Positions 1-5,517 of a stretch of 11,425 nucleotides of DNA are shown here, piece after piece (within the stretch, counting starts at the first letter, position 1; every line of letters starts with the position of its first letter). The DNA comes from an archaeon (lineage in GTDB: Archaea; Iainarchaeota; Iainarchaeia; Iainarchaeales; 1-14-0-10-31-34). The notes under the pieces were generated by a model. That model searched no databases. It saw nothing but the letters and a program-made list of their open reading frames with translations, and was not told the origin of the DNA. The stretch spans positions 1 through 11,425 of the forward strand of contig JAJRVL010000010.1 of the NCBI GenBank assembly GCA_024277355.1, in the 5' to 3' direction. Position numbers and translations under genes: made by a program.

Positions 1-141
1 TCATTATTTTTAAGTTAAACTGATATAATTAATACAATACTTAAATAAAAAAAGTGGTATTTTGTTTGAATTTATAGCTTTTCTGATAACTTTAACAATT
101 CCTGGTTATTTGTTGGTTGAAAAGCATTTTTTTGGTTTGGA
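1..141. repeat. Terminal direct overlap, copy 1 (identical to 11285-11425); circular-closure signature
   Basis: Base-by-base comparison shows 1-141 equals 11285-11425 with no mismatch, and identity runs to the last base of the window. The repeat covers the GT2 start codon, the 57-bp intergenic region and the first 80 nt of the GT-C gene, so it is the same locus read twice rather than a discrete element. Confidence 0.97.
5..61. promoter_or_regulatory. Divergent intergenic control region between the GT2 gene (minus, ATG at 4-2 = 11288-11286) and the GT-C gene (plus, TTG at 62)
   Basis: 57 bp, almost pure A/T. TATA-like strings are tatttttaag (5-14), tataattaat (24-33) and ttaaataaaaa (41-51). 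A 7-bp perfect inverted repeat, tttaagt (9-15) / acttaaa (39-45), extends to 9/11 matches. GTGGT lies 4-8 nt upstream of TTG 62 and could be an SD-like element. No TSS data. Confidence 0.4.
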
Positions 142-1498
142 GAAATGGGTTTTGTCTGTTTTTTTGTCTTTGTCTGTTACTTCTTTTTTTTATTATTTCA
201 TGGTTTCTTTTTTTGGCATAACAAAAGAAATAATTTATTTTTATGCTTTAATTTTGTTAATTGTTTTTTTTGTGTTAAAAAAACCAAATTTTAAACGAGT
301 GTTTTATTCAATAAAAGAAATTAAGTTACCAAGCAAAACAGTTAAAAAAGAAAATTTATTTGAATTAACAGGAATTTTTATTTTAGTTTTTTGTTTTTCT
401 TTAATTGTTTTTTTTATTTATGCAGGGCAGCCTTATAGTTTTGATGATTCTGCTTATCATTTGCCTATTATTAATGATTTTGCTGATGATGGCGAAAAAA
501 CTTTTTTTGTTGAACCAAAAAATGTTTATGAATTAAGAAGCAATCAGTTTCCTTTGTTGTTTGAATCTTTTGCAGGAGTATCAAAGTTCTTTATTGGAGG
601 AAACTTATTTCATTTTATTTCTTTTTTTTCATTTGTTTTATCTTTATTTTTAGTTTATCTTATTAGTAAACTAACAGGCTATAATGAATTCTTTTCTTTG
701 GTTATTTTTGGTTTAACTCAATCTGTTCTAATTTTAACTCGTTATTTTAGTGCTGAAACTTTTCTGCCACTGCTTTTTTTGGGGGCAGTTTTTTTTGTTT
801 TAAAGTTTATTAAAACAGAAAAACTGTTTTTTATTTTTGTTTCTGGTTTTTTGGCTGGTTTAATGTTTTTATCTAAGTTTACTGGTTTTATTTTTTTTGC
901 TGGCTTATTTTTGTTTTTGCTGTATAAAAGAAAATTTAAAGAAAGTGTTTTATTTGCTTTAATTTTTGTTTTGATTTCTTCAGTTTTTTTTGTTTCTCAT
1001 CTAAATGTTTCTTTTAATGAAAATACTATGGGGGCTTATGGAAAAATAGTTGCTGAAAATATTTGGGATAAACCCTCTTTGAATTTTTTCAAAATTACTG
1101 AAATTTTATTTTATTTTTTTTCAAATAACTATTACTTTTTTTTGATTCCTTTACTTTTTGTTTTAGGTTTTTTTGGTCTGAAAGAAAAAGAATTAGATTT
1201 TTTTGTTTTAATGAACATTACTTTTGTTTTGTTTTTGTTTGTAAATGTTGTGAATCAAATGGTTCCCACTTACACAGGTTTTCCGCGTTATTTTCTTCCA
1301 ATTTATTCTTTATTGTGTATTTTTGCAGGCATCCAATTGAAAAAAGCATTTTTTTTCAGAAATAAGTTAATTAAAGTTTTATTAGGATTGATTTTTATTT
1401 TTTTGATTCTTTTTTCTTCTTTTTTTATTTTGGGGGTGTTCAACCATCAAGCAGGAAAAACTGTTTTTTATTCTGATAAACTGATTCCAAATAATTAA
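62..1498 (+). CDS. GT-C fold integral-membrane glycosyltransferase (ArnT / PMT_2 / GT39-GT83-like), membrane domain; the frame continues past an in-frame TAA at 1496-1498
   Basis: 478 aa and extremely hydrophobic, with roughly a dozen predicted TM segments. The acidic first-loop motif GQPYSFDDSAYHLPIINDF is typical of polyprenyl-phosphate-sugar dependent GT-C enzymes. No WWDYG motif, so not AglB/STT3. TTG start; the frame is closed upstream by TAA at 26-28. Confidence 0.75.
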   Translation: MFEFIAFLITLTIPGYLLVEKHFFGLEKWVLSVFLSLSVTSFFYYFMVSFFGITKEIIYFYALILLIVFFVLKKPNFKRVFYSIKEIKLPSKTVKKENLFELTGIFILVFCFSLIVFFIYAGQPYSFDDSAYHLPIINDFADDGEKTFFVEPKNVYELRSNQFPLLFESFAGVSKFFIGGNLFHFISFFSFVLSLFLVYLISKLTGYNEFFSLVIFGLTQSVLILTRYFSAETFLPLLFLGAVFFVLKFIKTEKLFFIFVSGFLAGLMFLSKFTGFIFFAGLFLFLLYKRKFKESVLFALIFVLISSVFFVSHLNVSFNENTMGAYGKIVAENIWDKPSLNFFKITEILFYFFSNNYYFFLIPLLFVLGFFGLKEKELDFFVLMNITFVLFLFVNVVNQMVPTYTGFPRYFLPIYSLLCIFAGIQLKKAFFFRNKLIKVLLGLIFIFLILFSSFFILGVFNHQAGKTVFYSDKLIPNN

Positions 1499-1543
1499 AA
1501 TGTTTCTGTTTGGTTTGTTAATGGTGCTGCTCCAATAACTGAA

Positions 1544-1777
1544 TTGAATAATGCTGTTTTGTATGATTATGCGTGGAATAATCGCGGCTGGACTTCTTGT
1601 GATTATTTAAATAAAATGAAAATAAATTATGTGGTTTATTATAAAACAGAAGAATCTTATAATCATTCTGATTCTTCAGATTTAAGTATTATTTTTCAAG
1701 AACATTCTTGTTTAGAATTTTTTTCTCAAACAGATTCTAATAATATAATTAATTCTGTGACCTTTAAAGTAAACTAA
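1544..1777 (+). CDS. Probable C-terminal extracytoplasmic domain of the same GT-C protein (same frame; open from 1499), separated only by one TAA
   Basis: 62 and 1544 are in the same frame. Codons 1499-1543 read NVSVWFVNGAAPITE with no stop, so 62-1777 is one 571-codon frame with a single TAA. The 77-aa piece has no signal peptide or TM of its own and only a TTG start. Confidence 0.5.
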   Translation: MNNAVLYDYAWNNRGWTSCDYLNKMKINYVVYYKTEESYNHSDSSDLSIIFQEHSCLEFFSQTDSNNIINSVTFKVN

Positions 1778-1790
1778 TCTTTTTTTTTGC
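1778..1790 (+). terminator. Oligo-T tract (T9) immediately after the TAA stop at 1775-1777
   Basis: Sequence is taa tc ttttttttt gc. Archaeal RNA polymerase terminates at oligo-T tracts (established knowledge). Its position right after the end of the extended GT-C frame supports 1777 as the true 3' end of that gene. Confidence 0.45.
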
Positions 1791-1799
1791 GTTATTTGA

Positions 1800-2012
1800 T
1801 TAATTTTCTTTTATTTGAAATTCAATTCTTTTTATTTTGCTGTTTTTTAATGAAATTTTTTCTGTTTGAAATTCATTTGCCTGAAACTTTATTTTTTTAT
1901 CTGAAATTGATTCAAGATTATTTTGTTCAATAAAACTTCCAAAAGCTATTATTATCATTGAAATAATAAAAAGGATTTCAATGGTAAACAGAATTCTTGT
2001 TTTTTCTTTCAT
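1800..2012 (-). CDS. Small (70 aa) N-terminally membrane-anchored hypothetical protein
   Basis: ATG start. N-terminus is MKEKTRILFTIEILFIISMIIIAFGSF (charged n-region plus about 20 hydrophobic residues), followed by a Lys/Glu/Gln-rich tail. No recognisable family. It sits alone between two plus-strand genes. Confidence 0.35.
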   Translation of the reverse strand: MKEKTRILFTIEILFIISMIIIAFGSFIEQNNLESISDKKIKFQANEFQTEKISLKNSKIKRIEFQIKEN

Positions 2013-2105
2013 AAAATGTTTTTCTGTTGATATTATTAATTTAGTATTTTTTTTGTTAGCTTTTTTCCTAAGTTTTTATAATTCTTCTTTTTACTATTAT
2101 ATAGT
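2013..2105. promoter_or_regulatory. Divergent promoter region for the small minus ORF and the AsnB-like gene
   Basis: TATA-like tttttataa (2073-2081) is centred about 28 nt upstream of ATG 2106, implying a leaderless or near-leaderless mRNA. On the minus strand aaattaataata (about 2031-2044) lies about 25 nt upstream of ATG 2012. No SD-like sequence before 2106. Confidence 0.35.
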
Positions 2106-3506
2106 ATGTGTTCTATTTCAGGCGTGATTTCAAAGAAGAAAGAAAATGTATTTGATCATTTAATGGAATTATTGTTTGATTTAAAGCATAGAGGCAATGA
2201 TTCTTTTGGTGTTTCAATAAATAATAAAACAGTTACAGCTAAAACTATTTCTTTGTTAAGAGAAAAAGAAATTAAAGGTTTATCTGGAATAGCACATTCA
2301 AGATTAGAAATTACAGGAAAACAAACTCAACCTTTATCTTTTGGAAATTCTTCTGTTGTTTTTAACGGTCAAATTTATAATTTTTTTGAGTTTTCTGATT
2401 CTGATTCAGATGCAGTTTTTGTAAAAGAATTTTTTGAAAAAGAATTAAAGAAAAATTCAGTTGAATCTGCAGTAAAGAAATTTATGCAAAAAGCAAATGG
2501 ACAGTATTCTATTGCATTATTTCATAAAAAAAAGTTTTTTGTTTTCAGGGATTTATTTGGAATAAAACCTGTTTGGTTCGGCGAAAATGATTCTTTTATT
2601 GCTTTTTCTTCTGAACCTAAACCATTAAAAAAAATGAATATTAATTTTCCTTTGCCTTTGCTTCCGGGAAACTTATTAATTATGTCTGAAAAAGGAATTG
2701 AAGTAAGAAAAGTTTTTTCTTTTGATTTAATGAAAAAGAAATGTAAAACAAAAGCATCTTTTTTGGATTTAAAAAAAGCTTTTTTTGATTCTATTTATTT
2801 GCGTACCAGAAACTTAGATAAAGCAGGAGTATTGTTTTCAGGGGGAATTGATTCAAGTTTAATTGCTAAAACTGTTTCTTCTGTTGTTCCAAAAACTGAA
2901 TTATTTGCTGTTGGAATGGAAGATTCTCATGATATTGATTCAGCAGTTAAAGCTGCAGAAGAATTAAACTTAAAACTGCATTTAAGAATTTTAAAAAAAG
3001 ATGAATTAAAGGATTATTCATTGAAAAGTTTAAGTTTGCTTTCTTTTTTTGATGAAATGCAATTGCAGTTATCTGTTCCTGAATATGCTGTGTGTGAGTT
3101 AGCCAAAAAGCAGGGAATGAAAGTAATATTTTCAGGGCAAGGTTCAGATGAAATTTTTGCAGGTTATCATAGTTATTCTAAAGCTCTTTCTTCAAAAAAA
3201 AATATTTCAGATGAAATTTGGCATTCAATTCTTAATTTATGGAGCAGAAACCTTTACAGAGAAGATTTAATTTCAATGAATTTTTCTTTAGAACATAGAA
3301 TTCCTTTTTTGGATAAAGAATTAATTTGTACTGCAATGAAAATTCCTGTTAAACAGAAAATTTTTAATGAACAAGATAAATTAAGAAAAAGAATTTTAAG
3401 AAAACTTGCTTTGGATTTAGGTTTATCTGAAAGCATTGCATTAAAACCAAAAAAAGCTTTGCAGTATGGAACAGGAGTGTCAAAACATATAAGCAAGTTT
3501 TTTTAA
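2106..3506 (+). CDS. asnB: Asparagine synthase (glutamine-hydrolysing) family amidotransferase: class II Ntn glutaminase domain plus PP-loop ATP pyrophosphatase domain
   Basis: N-terminal MCSISGV gives Cys2 as the nucleophile. Other motifs: KHRGNDSFG, HSRLEITG, NGQIYNF, PP-loop LFSGGIDSSLIA, FSGQGSDEIFAGY, EHRIPFLD. At 466 aa it is shorter than E. coli AsnB. The symbol denotes family only; the substrate may not be aspartate (see findings). Confidence 0.9.
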   Translation: MCSISGVISKKKENVFDHLMELLFDLKHRGNDSFGVSINNKTVTAKTISLLREKEIKGLSGIAHSRLEITGKQTQPLSFGNSSVVFNGQIYNFFEFSDSDSDAVFVKEFFEKELKKNSVESAVKKFMQKANGQYSIALFHKKKFFVFRDLFGIKPVWFGENDSFIAFSSEPKPLKKMNINFPLPLLPGNLLIMSEKGIEVRKVFSFDLMKKKCKTKASFLDLKKAFFDSIYLRTRNLDKAGVLFSGGIDSSLIAKTVSSVVPKTELFAVGMEDSHDIDSAVKAAEELNLKLHLRILKKDELKDYSLKSLSLLSFFDEMQLQLSVPEYAVCELAKKQGMKVIFSGQGSDEIFAGYHSYSKALSSKKNISDEIWHSILNLWSRNLYREDLISMNFSLEHRIPFLDKELICTAMKIPVKQKIFNEQDKLRKRILRKLALDLGLSESIALKPKKALQYGTGVSKHISKFF

Positions 3507-4069
3507 ATTATAAAATAGTTTACATCCTGTAATCCTGACTGTTTGTCTATTATCATATAATTGCAGTCAGTGGTTGTGCTGTTATAATTTGCATCAATTA
3601 TTTTTTCAAATATAATATTTTTTTCATATAATGCAAGTGAATTTAAATCTAATCCAATTTCAAGTTTATGTCTGCATTGTAAATCCATGCTTATATTTAT
3701 GTCATAAATATTTAATTCTCCCACTGAATGAGGCAGGGTTATTGGACCTAATTTAGTTACATTAAAGTTTTCTATACTGCAGTCTGAATTTGTTGAAGCT
3801 AATACATTTTGGTCATAATAATAAATATTTGAATCTGGATTAAATAATCCTGTAAGGCAGTCGGCTGAATAAGCTGAATCAATTAGTGCATCTGCTGAAG
3901 CTTTATCTAATAATCTTTGAGTATTTTGCCATTGTTTTACAGTAAAAGAAAAACTTTCTTTTTGCGGGATTAATGCCTGGCTTTTGTTAAATGAATTAAC
4001 TGTAAATAATGCTGTTGATAAAACAATTAATGCTATTACTCAGATTAATACACTGTAATACCCCTTCAT
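3503..4069 (-). pseudogene. Fourth class III signal peptide (type IV pilin-like) gene, interrupted by in-frame TGA at 4042-4040 (codon 10)
   Basis: My own reverse-complement translation from ATG 4069-4067 gives MKGYYSVLI*VIALIVLSTALFTVNSFNKSQALIPQKESFSFTVKQWQNTQRLLDKASADALIDSAYSADCLTG...HSVGELNIYD. This is in frame with the tracked ORF 3503-3724. The ATG overlaps the upstream gene's TGA stop (ATGA). The hydrophobic stretch spanning the TGA looks like a pilin N-terminal helix. Confidence 0.6.
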
Positions 4070-4404
4070 CTTAAACTCCTTTTACCCATGCAGTATTTTT
4101 TTTCAATTAATTCTCCTTTGCCGTAAATTAGCTGGTAGTCCATATTGTAATCATATAAAATAAAGCATTCTGCATAATCAAAATTATTGAAATCTGAATT
4201 GCCTGACTGCAAGCCAATATCTTCTGCTGTTTTTCCCTGATAAAATCCTGTTATTGCCTGATTTGGAAGTTCTTGTTTAATAAAAGAAATATTTGCTTCA
4301 CTTCCTTCTTCTATTGAATAAGGAAAAGTCATAATTAATGTAATAATTATTACTGTTGTTAATCCAATTAATGCATCTGTACTAAACATAAATCCTTTAG
4401 TCAT
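4066..4404 (-). CDS. Class III signal peptide / type IV pilin-like protein (112 aa)
   Basis: N-terminus is MTKG|FMFSTDALIGLTTVIIITLIMTF: a short basic n-region and KG before a roughly 20-residue hydrophobic helix. The start overlaps the upstream gene end by 8 nt (ATGACTAA). Two Cys, one N-x-S/T sequon. Confidence 0.6.
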   Translation of the reverse strand: MTKGFMFSTDALIGLTTVIIITLIMTFPYSIEEGSEANISFIKQELPNQAITGFYQGKTAEDIGLQSGNSDFNNFDYAECFILYDYNMDYQLIYGKGELIEKKYCMGKRSLR

Positions 4405-5038
4405 TTTTCCACACCAAAAATTTTATTGTTGCAGGATACATAAAACAGTTTGCTGTATTTCCTGTAATGCAGTATTCCATTTCATTTTTATCTATTGTTA
4501 ATGTTTTTCCGTTTTCGGTATCTGAATGAATCATTACATTTAAGTCTATTGCATAAATATTTTTTGCTAATGCTGGAGGAGAAATTTCACAGTCTGATAA
4601 CAGTGTTGCGTTTTCATCTGGATTTAATCTTCCGCCTAATACTTTAATATAACAAGAATAATCTTTAGGCAACCCTAAAAATTCTTTTAATATTGGCTTA
4701 AATGTTCTGTGATTATTTCCATATTTATCCCATGTTTTGCAGTCGGCTTCACTTCCCCCGCAGTCAGATAAATTTAATGCAAATTCCGGAATGCAGTTGC
4801 TTGCATAAGAAATTATTTTGTTTTTATCTCTTATATCAACTAACTCGCAGATAATTCTTGGATTATTTACCATTAAAACTGAAGCAGTTTTTCCTGTTAT
4901 TTGTGTTTCATCTTTTAATTGTTTGTCTTTGAAATTATAGTTTTCTATTTCGCTTAACTGCATAACTAAACCTATTGCTAAAACAACCAAAACTAATGAC
5001 ATTATGAAATCAAGTGATACTAATTGTCCTTTTTTCAT
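4397..5038 (-). CDS. Class III signal peptide / archaeal type IV pilin-like protein (213 aa), cysteine-rich ectodomain
   Basis: N-terminus is MKKG|QLVSLDFIMSLVLVVLAIGLV. It matches the archaeal prepilin pattern (K/R)G followed by Q-x-S-x-(D/E)-(F/L) and a hydrophobic helix (Class_III signal / DUF361-like). Eight Cys. The start overlaps the upstream stop (ATGA). Confidence 0.75.
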   Translation of the reverse strand: MKKGQLVSLDFIMSLVLVVLAIGLVMQLSEIENYNFKDKQLKDETQITGKTASVLMVNNPRIICELVDIRDKNKIISYASNCIPEFALNLSDCGGSEADCKTWDKYGNNHRTFKPILKEFLGLPKDYSCYIKVLGGRLNPDENATLLSDCEISPPALAKNIYAIDLNVMIHSDTENGKTLTIDKNEMEYCITGNTANCFMYPATIKFLVWKND

Positions 5039-5478
5039 GTTGTTTCACCTAATATTTCTTTGTTTAAGTCTATTGTCATTCCACAGAAATAATTCAGGCT
5101 TGTTGTTGCAGTAAAATTAAAGTTTATGTCTTTTTGGACTGCTACTTCATTTAAGTCAGTTGAATAATGGCTTATTCTGATAAAAGGAGTTGTACTTCTA
5201 TTTAGTGTTATGTTGCAGTCTTGTCCTCCTCTTTTATCTGAATCAAAAATAAATGGAACTTTATAATTAATGCTATAATTGCTGTCTGTTTCATCAAATA
5301 CTTTTGCTTGATTAATTAATTCAAGTAAATCGTTTGCAATATTTTCTTGTTGTGCTCTTATTCCTGTTGTTCTTTCACTTAAAGTTAATTCGCCTGTAAA
5401 AGTCATAAATACGTTTCCTAAAAGTATTGCTGCAATGACTGTAAGCATTAAATCCAAACTAATTTGTCCTTTTTTCAT
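5035..5478 (-). CDS. Class III signal peptide / archaeal type IV pilin-like protein, first gene of the operon
   Basis: I prefer ATG 5478-5476, giving MKKG|QISLDLMLTVIAAILLG. This is paralogous to the next gene's MKKGQLVSLDF, and 15 nt at the 5' end (atgaaaaaaggacaa) are identical in both genes. The tracked TTG at 5499 would add the hydrophobic MYSYLLI before the basic n-region, which is atypical. Two Cys, four N-x-S/T sequons. Confidence 0.75.
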   Translation of the reverse strand: MKKGQISLDLMLTVIAAILLGNVFMTFTGELTLSERTTGIRAQQENIANDLLELINQAKVFDETDSNYSINYKVPFIFDSDKRGGQDCNITLNRSTTPFIRISHYSTDLNEVAVQKDINFNFTATTSLNYFCGMTIDLNKEILGETT

Positions 5479-5517
5479 AATTAATAGATAAGAATACAAT
5501 TCAAGAATATTTAAACC
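5479..5517 (-). promoter_or_regulatory. Candidate promoter of the pilin-like operon
   Basis: Minus-strand tttaaata (plus coordinates 5508-5515) is centred about 33 nt upstream of ATG 5478. That spacing is compatible with an archaeal TATA box and a very short 5' UTR. It lies in the 39-nt gap after the gpmI stop. Confidence 0.4.

Noticed and set aside
1-141. Terminal repeats as LTR/ITR of a transposon or as viral DTR packaging ends
   Set aside because: The repeats are direct, not inverted. They begin and end inside coding sequences of ordinary cellular-type genes rather than at element boundaries, and they run exactly to the window edge. This favours an assembly-graph cycle overlap. A biological terminal redundancy cannot be fully excluded without reads.
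1544-1777. An independent 77-aa gene starting at TTG 1544
   Set aside because: It is in the same frame as the upstream GT-C ORF, with an uninterrupted open frame from 1499. It has no signal or TM segment, no ATG and no upstream promoter-like spacing. It is better explained as the detached C-terminal domain of the GT-C protein. It is kept in the feature list only with that interpretation.
3254-3496. 80-aa minus-strand ORF inside the asnB-like gene
   Set aside because: It lies entirely antisense to a strongly supported conserved CDS. It has a low-complexity K/F/L-rich translation with no motif. Such shadow ORFs are expected in AT-rich DNA.
5479-5499. TTG 5499 as the start of the first pilin-like gene (MYSYLLIMKKGQ...)
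   Set aside because: It would place seven mostly hydrophobic residues ahead of the basic n-region. The paralogous downstream gene starts exactly at MKKGQ with 15 identical nucleotides. A TATA-like box is spaced appropriately for ATG 5478.
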